From: Octopus vulgaris
Taxonomy: Eukaryota
NCBI GenBank assembly: GCA_951406725.2
Contig: OX597821.1
Span: forward strand, 15,066,001 to 15,130,000
Length of the DNA stretch: 64,000 nucleotides
Direction of reading: 5' to 3'
The notes beneath the pieces are model-generated. The model had not been told where the DNA came from. It made no database searches and saw only the letters and a list, made by a program, of their open reading frames with translations. The position numbers were made by a program, and so were the translations under genes. Below are positions 53,290-64,000 of the stretch, piece after piece. Within the stretch, counting starts at the first letter, position 1; each line of letters begins with the position of its first letter.

Positions 53290-53900
53290 AACAGAAATAT
53301 CCCGACAATGTCGTAAATTATCCTATAAACAAGGCAATGGAGATCAAACTCCCTGTGTTAGAGAGAAATCCTTACAATAAATCCAAAAAGAAATACATAA
53401 CTATTCCACTTGTTGCAAAAATCCTACAAAACATAACATATTACACTCACATCCAATTTCACACCAATTATCAAAATTAAAAAAAATCATTTAATAACAA
53501 ATTATTAACAGCTGACGACAACCACTAAATTTTATACGACTCTTCAGAAAACCGAAATTTGCATCTCAAGAAAAATGATATGGTTAAGAATAGATGGATA
53601 ACTCTGTTGTAGGACAAAAATATGATAATGGGAAAGAATTGAAGTAAATACAAATATGAACAGCAAGCAAAAAGATCGCATTAACAGCATCACATGCACG
53701 CAATGCAATGAAAATTGTATCGTCCAAACACGATCAAAATTATTAGATCGGGTCAGGAGACATAATCTACTAATGGTTCAGCAATCAACTTTTTATAGAT
53801 ATCGATATAGTGAATATTGAGACATGTACAGATGTACGGAACTATCATAAAATGATCAACTACGTAAATCAAAAGAAGTATACTTCAAAACAATTCTAAA
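53290..53900 (+). pseudogene. Penelope-like element ORF C-terminus (GIY-YIG endonuclease relic)
   Basis: IINS*RQPLNL, KPKF, INSITCTQCNENCIVQTRSKLLDRVRRH (53680-53763; compare IY.I.C..C...YIGQT...L..R...H), LRKSKEVYF. Confidence 0.75.
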
Positions 53901-54081
53901 TGTGAAACTAAATCAGGAATATTCAACAACACTGCTAAAAGTAACTTCCATACGTGCGTTCGAAAAGCTGAAAATAGTGAAAAGCGCTATTAAAGCTTGG
54001 AAACTCCCTTCCATAGGGTTCGTATCGTTCTCCATTTGATTTTTAGTTATTTCTATATAATTGAAGTTTTCTTCAAATTTG

Positions 54082-54113
<32 letters not shown>

Positions 54114-54121
54114 TTTATACA

Positions 54122-54157
<36 letters not shown>

Positions 54158-54504
54158 TATATACATACATACATACATACATATATATATATAACGATAT
54201 GCATATATACAAAGACACACAGATGCACACACACAAATACACACATACAGCGAGGTATATAGGATTTGACAGAAAACTAGTTGGAGAAATATACACTCGG
54301 GAAAATAAGATTAAAAGTAAGAGTGATTTAGGGTTTTAGAGTGATTTAGGAACATTATTCTAAGGTTCAATCTTTCATAATTAAGCCAGAGATTTGTAAG
54401 AGATTTCAATCGTGATGGCATAAATCGCCCAACTCAATCAGGCAACGTGATGAATCTGACAAAATAATGTAGAATAACAAGCTTTAACTTAGATTTTTTA
54501 AATG

Positions 54505-56655
54505 TCTTCTCTCTCCATCCGCTCAGTCGAAGTCGACTCTCGGTCACTCGTTGGATCACTGTCCTCCAGTCAGTTCTATCCTGGGCCGCTTCTTTCAGAT
54601 TGGCTATGTCCATTCCGGTATCACTCTTGATAGTGTCAAGCCAGCGGGTTCTTGGTCTTCCTCTCTTGCCATTGACCATTCCGAGCACGATGTCCTTCTC
54701 CAGGGATTTTCTCCGCATAATATGACCGAAATATGCCAATCTATGCTTGGTGATCCTAGCTTCTAGCGACATTTTCGGCCTTATCTGCTTAGGAACTTCT
54801 CCATTGGTGAGCCTCGCTGTCCATGGAATCCGCAAAAGTCTTCTCCAACACCAAAGCTCGAATGCATTAATTCTCTTCTGGTCAGCTTTCTTTAGTGTCC
54901 AGGTCTCGCATCCATATGTTGCTGTTGGGAAGACAATTGCATTCACCAATCTGCATTTGGTAGCGAGTCTGATGTCTCTACTCTTCCAGACCCTGCTCAT
55001 GCTGACCATTACCTCTCTGCCTAGAATTATCCACCGTCTTATTTCTGGAGTGCAGTCACCATCTCGATTTATTTTTGAGCCAAGGAAGATGAAATCATAA
55101 ACCACTTCAATCTCTTCATTATCGATCTTGATGCTGATGTTTGTTGTGGCTGCTGTTGACATGATCTTCGTTTTCTTAACATTGAGGTACAGCCCAAATT
55201 TCTCACTCTTTTCTTGATCAGCAGGACAAGATCCTCCAGATCCTTACCACTCTCCGCCAGCAGGGTTGTATCATCTGCATAGCGACGGTTATTAATATTT
55301 CTTCCTCTAATCCTCACTCCAATGCTGCTATCCTCCAGGCCGGCATTCCTCATGACCTTTTCAGTGTACATGTTGAAGGCTGCTGGTGACAGGATGCAAC
55401 CTTGCCGAGTGCCTTTTCCAATCTCAAACCAACCAGTGTCGCCATATGATGTCCGTACTGTAGCCTCTTGGTTTTGATAGAGTGATCTAATAAGCTGGAC
55501 AAGGTGTAAAGGTGTTCCCATTTTCTCCAGACATTTCCATAACTTGTCATGATCAATGTAGCCAGAGGTTTTGGAGTAATTGATGAAACACATGTACAAC
55601 TTCTTTTGGTATTCTCTTGCCTTTTCCATAATCCACCGTAGGTTGGCGATGTGATCGCGGGTGCCTCTTCCCTTTCTGAAACCAGCTTGCACCTCTGGCA
55701 ATTCTCTCTCAATAGTTGTGTTCAGGCGCTTCTGGATGATTTTAAGGAGAATTTTGCTTACATGGGGGATCAGGGTGATGGTACGGTAGTTTGCGCAGTC
55801 CTTGGTATCTCATTTCTTTGGTATTGGGATGAAAACTGACCTCTTCCATTCCCTTGACCACTTACAGGTTCTCCATATTCGTTGGCAAAGCGATGTTAGT
55901 GTTTTTATTGGTATTGGCTTGAGTAATTCTAGTGGAATACCATCAGTACCTGGGGCTTTTCGGTTGGCCAGCTGTTTTATTGCCCATACCACCTCATCCT
56001 CCAGGATGTCTGGCTCCAGTTCTAGTTCCAGTGGATTCTCTTCTGCCTGTTCAACGAGGTTGTTCCCTGCATACAACTGTTCAGTGTACTCTTTCCATCT
56101 TTTCCTGATCCCTTCTTGGTCATTTCTCCCTCGGATCTTCATCATTTCTTCCTCGGATGGTTGCTTGTCTGGCCATGAATGCTGTACGGGTCTTCTTTAC
56201 ATGTTGGTAAAGTTCTCTAATGCTCTCTTTCCTGTATGCCTCCTCTGCCCTTGCACATTCCTCATTCCAGTATTGTTGGAACATTGCATTCAGGCGCCGC
56301 ACTTCATCCCTGCTTCTGGCCATCTTTGCTCTCCTTCTCTCTTCTGCTATTGCAATAGTCTCCTCCGAAATACACTTTGCTGATCGTATGGGTTTCTTGT
56401 ACAGTACATGTTTCTCTGCTGTTTCAACGACAATTTCCTTCACCTGCTCCCATATTTCTTCTGCTTCTTGATTCTCTTCGATGGTGAGCAGTTCGAAGCG
56501 GTTTCTGATCTCAGCAGCATATGATGGACCGATCTTGCTGGTATCAAATTTCTGGTAAGCGGGTGGTCGCTTGACGCTGCAGAGTCGCATCTTGATCTTG
56601 GCAACCAGAACTTCATGGTCAGATCTACAGTCTTCCCCAGGGAACGTCTTCACAG
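54505..56655 (-). mobile_element. RTE-clade (BovB-like) LINE, 5'-truncated, with several frameshifts
   Basis: TFPGEDCRSDHEVL (APE end), KAPGTDGIP, WKRSVFIPIPKK, QAGFRKGRGTRDHIANLRW, RQGCILSP, RYADDT, YGCETWT, GRPRTRW; 3' end GAGAGTCGACTTCGACTGAGCG resembles the BovB 3' end. Confidence 0.92.
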
Positions 56656-57229
56656 CAGTTCATTTCGCTTCTTTTATCTCTCATTATCTTTTCTTGAATT
56701 ATTGACGAAGTTCCCTCTTCATACTCGGAACAGCAACAAAAAAAAACATCCACCACACATTTCTCATTGGAGAATATAGTTTTAAAGTCAGTAAGAAATA
56801 AAAGATTTGATGGTCGAGATTCAATAGTTTTGTATTTGGTCGAGGCCAAAGAGGGAGCGGGTACTCTGTCATTCTACCTGTTAGAAATAGCAGCCGAATA
56901 ACCCTAATATCACATATATAGTGTTAGAATGGAGAATCACATTGGATAATGTAGATTTACAAGACGGGATGTTAATGATTGTGGTTAACAATAAAGGATA
57001 ACATATATCAAGTGACTAATTGTACTTATATGAAGGAAGAATTTACGGTATATAGCAAAGTAATTTTGATTTCATTAATTAAATTCTGATAAATACATTA
57101 CTTATGAAAAAATGGATAATCTGGTAGACTTAGTACAATGGACGTGATAATTTTTCACTATTTGTTCTACCTCCTTACGTTCGCGTACAATTCCTGTTGA
57201 GGTAATGTTCGCCTTTCCCTTTTAGGATA

Positions 57230-57435
57230 GGGAGCTGGCAGAATTTTAGTACTCCAGGCAAAACGCTTAGCGACATTTCGCCCGTCTTTACATTCTGAGT
57301 TTAAATTTTACCAAGCTCCACTTTGCCTTTCACTCCTTCAGTGTCGAGAAAATAATTACCAGTTGAGTACTGGGGTGAATGTAATCAGTTAGCCCCTCCT
57401 CAAAACTGGTGGCCTTGTGCAAAAATTTGAAGTCA
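57230..57435 (+). mobile_element. Diverged SINE family D
   Basis: gagctggcagaat head, ctgagtttaaattt, ctttgcctttcactcctttc-like block. Confidence 0.7.
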
Positions 57436-58304
57436 GTATGTAACTTACGAAGGTTTTACTTTACTACGTGGAAATTCATAAATTAAAAATTAAATTTAGT
57501 AACAAAATAATTTCTTTTGTGTGCGGTTGACTGGTAGAAATTTGTTAGCATCGAACAAAATGCATTCTTGTAATTATTTCAGTTGTATGTTCTTGAGTTC
57601 AAATACCGCGGAGGTTAAATTTTACTTTAATCCTTCTAGAGTCAATTAAACAAAGCACCAGGTCGATTTAATCGATTAAACACTTTTATCAAATTTCTGA
57701 CCTGTAGTGGAAAAAATTCATTAATAAGATTAATATTAATTATTATTCTAGAAACGGAGGAATTTTTAGTGTGTAGAAAAATGCTTTACTCTTTACATTC
57801 AATGTTCAACTTGAATCGGAGGAATTAAAGGGATTTTGGCTAATCTAAATTCATGACATTGGAATATTTTCTTGGAGTTTCTATGTGAGGAATATATAGT
57901 CAACATATGTAGAATAGTATAAGTAATTTCAGTGTTATAATATTTTAATTACAGTGATTTTATAATACAATATTCTAATCTTGTGCTGTATTTTTCATCA
58001 GTATCTCGGAAAATACTCTGACATAAACTCATCACAGACGAGATCTAATACAATAGAAACGTGTTAGCAGTTGTTTACTGTATAAAGTAAAAGTATAAAA
58101 TAACAGTGGTTATTTATCAAACAGATTTTTCTCAGTCACTGCATGATATAAATCAACTCTAATTGAACTATTGTATCTGACATGAATGATGCCATACATA
58201 CATACGTACATACCAAGACGTGTATACTTACCTGCATACAGATACTCATACACGTAGACATACACGTATACAGACACGCACGCATGCACACACGCGTACA
58301 TTCT

Positions 58305-58342
<38 letters not shown>

Positions 58343-59339
58343 AACTCACGCACACAAAAATATAGTAGGACATTACTCGTATTAATTTTTGAATAATTTG
58401 TTCTTAAGAAATAGGTGACTACCTGCTATTGTGTTACCTGGAATGTAATTTTAAAGTTACGTATTGATCAATGATGTTTAAACTTCCGGTTCCGCTTGTG
58501 CTACTTTTCCAATTAGTATTTTAAACTGCATATCGTAAGATGTTTTCAATGAAATTCAAATTATCGTGATTTTTAATATTCTGATATCAAGAGAAGCAAT
58601 ATCAATAATATTAATGAAAAAACAAACAAACAAAAGAAAAAATAATAATTGCAGTAGGTGAATAATTTCTTGGCACGTTAAAGTTTTTTCAATATTGTGG
58701 AAATTGTTCTTATTTTAATTTCCTGGGGGTATTTCATAGGAAGTGTAATAAAATTCAAATTAACAATGTTTAATCAACAGCACTCATGCTACATGCAACT
58801 ATACTAATTATCGGTAATTGTAGCGCCTCAAGTATTTCAAAGATATTATCCCAGAGGTTTTCATTTTAGGGCAATACAAAAATATATTCTTTGTTAGTAA
58901 GTTTTAATTAGAATTTTGTTTTCGTTAATAAAAGTTTAAAAGAATAAATTCAAACTCGTAGCGAAGTGCAATATATATATATATATATATACATACTCTA
59001 TTTTACATATTGAAGATTTATATTATATAAGGTGATGTTTTCCAGTGGTCAAATAATACATCTAGTTTACGAAGTAATATTTTTTATCCAATGACAGAAA
59101 ACAATTATACACCATGATGTTTGTAAGGAGTGTAACAGTAGCAAATCATGAAGATAAGAACATGGTGTGGGTGGATGCGACTGTCACATGACTAGGTGAG
59201 TGTTTTTCAAACAGCCGCAGATCAACGATATTAACCATGATTGAATAGACATTTATTCAAAAGTATTCCTTTCGTACAGATCATTTAGTTTTGCTAGAGA
59301 ATAAGTAATATGTATTTTCATCATTTGAAGGTAAAACAA

Positions 59340-59553
59340 GGCGGCGAGCTGGCAGGACCATTAGCACGCCGGGCGAAACGCTAATTGGTATTTCGTTTGT
59401 CTTTACGTTCTGAGTTCAAATTCCGCCGAGGTCGACTTTGTTTTTCATCCTTTCGGGGCCGATAAATTAAGTACCAGTTGCGTAATGGAGTCGATCTAAT
59501 CGATTGGCCAGCTCCCTCCAAATTTCGGGCCCTGTGCTTAGAGTAGAACAATT
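59340..59553 (+). mobile_element. Full-length monomeric SINE family D
   Basis: A/B boxes; exact 17-bp TSD ATTTGAAGGTAAAACAA at 59323-59339/59554-59570. Confidence 0.92.
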
Positions 59554-59858
59554 ATTTGAAGGTAAAACAATCTGAGACAGATTTGGCTGTTGTTATTAGC
59601 AAGTTATGCCCGTAAATGAAATTTTCTATTCCCCCAATGAAATACGAGTAAAATTTGTACAATTAAATGAAACAAAAGACAATGTTCGGACACTTGACGC
59701 GATTGAAGAGAGAGAATTATGCTAATGTGCAAGAAACTTAAAACATGGCAAAATATACTACAGTACATTAAAATTTGAAGTTAAGTAAGCTATTTGTTGC
59801 ATGTTAAAAGAATTAACTCTCTTAGACTATCTCTCTCTCATTTTTCTCTCTCTGTATA

Positions 59859-60256
59859 TCTTTATATATAAAAGAGAAGTGTGTGTCTGTCTCCTACGAT
59901 TTAGATTCCTAACTACTCCCACATTTTGCGGTGCAGTGTAACCAAAAGCGGGTATCTTATAGTCGTGATTCATATCGAGCCCTTCTGGGTATTAGCGCGC
60001 GTCTACGATGAGTCTACGATTTAAAAAATAATTTACCATCATTTTTTTCCATTCTAATGCATTTTTTTCGCTATTATATAAGGGAAGTAACTCTCTAAAA
60101 ATGTCTACGATGAGTCAACGATTTAAAAAAAAAATTACCATAATTTCTTTTTCATTTTTAATGCATTTTTTTGCTATTTTTGGGCTATAACTCTCTAAAA
60201 ATGCTTATATAGTTATTTCCCTTACAAACCCGAGCAACGCCGGGCGATACTGCTAG
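59859..60256 (+). mobile_element. Complete non-autonomous Helitron
   Basis: 5' TC, 3' hairpin CCCGAGCAACGCCGGG then CTAG, inserted between A and T with no TSD; internal duplication with a period of about 102 bp. Confidence 0.88.
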
Positions 60257-60739
60257 TTTATATATATAAACGAAATTAGAAAAGTATAAACTAAGAAGAT
60301 AAGTTGCTCGATTTATTCTAATGATATGTGGTCTTGTGCCATATAAATCGGCTGAGAGGAGATTAAGAATCAGCAACGAGCCAGGTAGATTATAAGAACT
60401 TTTAACTAAGATGATGGTGCGGATACTTTCTCTATACATGAATTACACTTTCTGTAGCAACTGATAAATGTTCACCGAATGTATTTCCTGGTAAGGAAGG
60501 ACCATGTATTATTGAAATTTTAATTTAAATTTAGTGAAATGGTGCCACCCTATTGTGTTAAACATGTAATGCCTACTTCGTATAGAATTATTTGAAAGAA
60601 AAAGCATACATGCGTATTTACATATATACATAAGTAGTAACGTACATACTAAGATGCTTATGTGCATACATACATACATAAACACATACATACACACATG
60701 TACATACACATACACACATACATACATACATACATACAC

Positions 60740-60772
<33 letters not shown>

Positions 60773-63493
60773 CATACATACATACATACATAAATTACGT
60801 ATAGTAGTTGAACTCACTTGCCCAGGCAGATGTGAACATGTTAAAATCTAGTAGGAAAGAAAGCACTGACGACTGAAAAATAAATCTGCACTAACTTCAT
60901 CTGGGCTTTAGTTTACAATTTCTACCAGTTGGTTTAGTGACTAATAGCATCAGCACAAATGCTCAGACGCTGCTTTGCATAAAACCGCAAAGAACACGCC
61001 AAATCAATGATTAGAGCTGCAGACTATCAAACGTACTCTCAAAATATGTAAATCATTCAGGAAGATTCGCATGTAATAAGATCCATGCATATAACAACAT
61101 CGATGCCTGCAACCGCATGTGCGGGTGCATACATAGATGTGTACATGCGAACATGCGCCCATGCGTATGTGTACATTTATACATATATACATATATGTGT
61201 GAATGTATACAGATACGTATATGCACACGTAGATGCAGATGGTTATATCCACACGTAGATGCACATGTAGATACAGATGTTCGTACATAGAAGCCATTGT
61301 CCTGATATTGCCTAAATTAAAATGAAAGAACCATACTTCTAGGCCAGGAATCGAGTTCTTCTTCGTTGATGGGCAGTTCAAAATATAACACCAAAAATAC
61401 ATACATACAGTATGTATGCATATAGGCATACAACATACATACTTACATATACGCATACATTAGAAGCTGAATCTGTTTAAATTCCAACGAAGGAGCCTTT
61501 ATCCTATGTGGGCGAGCGGCTTTCTTAGATTGTACAATACAATCTAACTATGTGCATATACACGCTCACATAATCATACACAAATATGCACACACACATA
61601 CAAATTTAAACTCCCTCACATATATTTGCGTACACTGAGCAAGTATGAATATATAAGCATAAATACAGAAACTAATCTATTGCAATCATTAATTGCTGAC
61701 TGGTACATTTATAATATATATCAAATATAGTAACTCTTTCGTTATATTGGCACAATACTGAGAAGTTGCTGTGATACGCCTTTGTCATTTAATTGATTTC
61801 AGTACTTGACTTAAGGACTGAAAGTCAAATATGAGTTGAACGAATGATGGAATTAAAATCCTAGCTAGAAGAAGGTTGCTATAGACTCTGCAAGTGTAAA
61901 GCCTCTGCCATTCTATCATTACTGTGAGTAGTTCATTCGATGAATATATATTGAATTAGAATTGCTTTAACAGAGGAACTGAAAGCTTATATAGTGTTGA
62001 ATTTTCAAAGATACGTTAAAATCATTTGAAAAATAAAACATTAAAAATTTCTATATATTTAACGAGTTTCTAATGCTATTAACTTTTAAACTACTTTGTG
62101 CCAAAAGACGAAGTCTTTTGATAAGTTTCGTTCAAAATTTTATTACACTCATAAATTCTGACATAAAAGTGAATTAATGATGATATCGCTTGCAAAATAT
62201 AAATTTAAACCCTATTGAATCAGCAGACATGCTGCAAAAAAACGTCTGTTGTATGACCTCCTTAAAATAAACCACACCTCACTCCATTTGTAAAACATCA
62301 ACAAAAGATTCCATAACAAAATTCAGCTCATACTAGTTGAAGCATTCTAGAAATATTTTATTTGTAGAAACATTAAGAAAAAAGATTTAATGTAATTAAA
62401 AAAAATATTGCATTTGTTATTTATTTTGAAATACAAGTCTGTACAAAATATAAAGAAATATATTTTCTCTATCATATATGGGTTATGAGCAGTGTTAAGC
62501 AAAGTGATGGCGTATCATAATTCAATACTTCTATCCCCGATTATCACGGTGGTTTGGTATTAAAATGTGACAAGCAAATCATTAATAAATGAATCATACA
62601 CACATTTCGTTAATGAAACGAATGCGTGATTGATTTATTCCAAAGTTAAGGCCGACAATAAAGCAGCTTCTAAGAGAACATACTCGTCTGCGGTATTGTT
62701 AGGATCATGCGCCATCCTATTCTTTTCCCTTCACCGGTTCCATATTAGTGGGTACGAGTTGTTAAATTCGTATGAAAATTACACAGCCTCGCAGCTTGTG
62801 CAAGTGAACACAAGGGATAATCAGTGCAAATCTGGGCTGTTGAATTTGTGTATAGTCATTGGGGTGCATTTTTACCGTGCAAAGAGAATCTTCGACTGTT
62901 CGTCGGCGCGAAACGAAATATGATCCACATTCTGGCCTACTGTGTTACCCAGAACATTGACGAACGAGATTACAGCTACCAGGGTTTCAAAGAATAGCAC
63001 TATTCATTTGTCGAATATTACAAACTGACTTCAATTTTTATAAAATTTGCTATTTCTAAGAAATTACTATAAAATATGATTAGGCATAGACTTATAGAAT
63101 TATTGTTTATATTTAAAGTATATTTAACGATAAATACAATTCAGTAAAAATAATGAAAACATAAAAATATGCGCATACTTCAATCTATTTACGACACATG
63201 ATTATATACACACACTCGCATATAAGTCTAATAGGTTAATAAAGCACACTTGCTTGTGTACCTGAGCGACATGCGCATCTAAGGCAAGAGTACAACTTTA
63301 TCCACACACGTACATATACTTTCACACCAAACTGTTCAAATATCTACAACCTCGAATAGCTGACTTGTGTTCAACAAAAGAATCTTCCAAAATACATTCA
63401 TACATACACACACACAATACACACACGCACACGTATATATACATATATATATATGTATATACATATATATATATGTGAGAGTGTATGTGTGCG

Positions 63494-63566
<73 letters not shown>

Positions 63567-63605
63567 CAATATGTGACCGCGTGTGTATCCTGTATAGCAG
63601 GATAG

Positions 63606-63930
63606 GAAATAGGTATTTCGTCTGCCGCTACGTTCTGTGTTCAAATTCTGCAGAGGTAGACTTTGCCATTCATCCTTTCGGGGTCGATTAAATAAGTACC
63701 AGTTACGCACTGGGTTCGATACATTCGACTTAATCCGTTTGTCTCTCCTTGTTTGTCCCCTCTATGTTTAGCTCCTTGTGGGCAGTAAAGAAATTGCTAT
63801 TTCGTCTGTCTTTATGCACTGAGTTCAAATTCCGCCGAAGTCGACTTTACCTTACATCCTTTCGGGGTCGATAAATTAAGTACTAATTCCCCCAAAATTT
63901 CGGACCTTGTGTTAAGAGTAGGAAAGAATA
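63606..63930 (+). mobile_element. Headless, internally dimeric SINE family D
   Basis: Two tandem ATTTCGTCTG..GTTCAAATTC..CATCCTTTCGGGGTCGAT units. Confidence 0.85.
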
Positions 63931-64000
63931 ACATTCGTATGAATATTGTTTTACGCTAAAACTGAATATATAAATAGGTCAAAGGCGTAATAAGGAATTT

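Noticed and set aside
58226-58250. Minus-strand GCAG|GTAAGT second ratchet-like site
   Set aside because: No polypyrimidine tract; embedded in low-complexity TG/TA sequence
62630-62923. 97-aa ORF in a relatively GC-rich island
   Set aside because: No recognisable motif on either strand, a non-ATG start and no splice signals

Overview
This is AT-rich eukaryotic DNA, not prokaryotic, saturated with microsatellites and transposons. The SINE repertoire and (TA)n/(TACA)n density point to an octopus genome (inference). I can support no host protein-coding exon, so it reads as a long intron or intergenic region. Almost all short ORFs in the track are translations of microsatellites or SINEs. Recognisable content: about 20 tRNA-derived SINEs of four modular families (several with exact TSDs), a young 5'-truncated CR1-type LINE (29.9-33.5 kb), a BovB/RTE-type LINE (54.5-56.7 kb), RTE and R4/Dong fragments, a DD37D (maT-like) Tc1/mariner relic, a Helitron Pif1-helicase relic, a complete non-autonomous Helitron and a Penelope GIY-YIG relic. 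Best leads: (1) several unrelated short, often fold-back elements in (TA)n tracts that carry type I hammerhead ribozyme folds with palindromic stem III, some with variant cores; (2) a U_UUU_UUA slippery site plus hairpin that would shift CR1 ORF1 into an APE-RT frame lacking an upstream AUG; (3) minus-strand AG|GT recursive-splice-like sites at about 38.04 and 9.18 kb; (4) a possible old nad5-trnF NUMT. All calls were made by eye, with no searches run.
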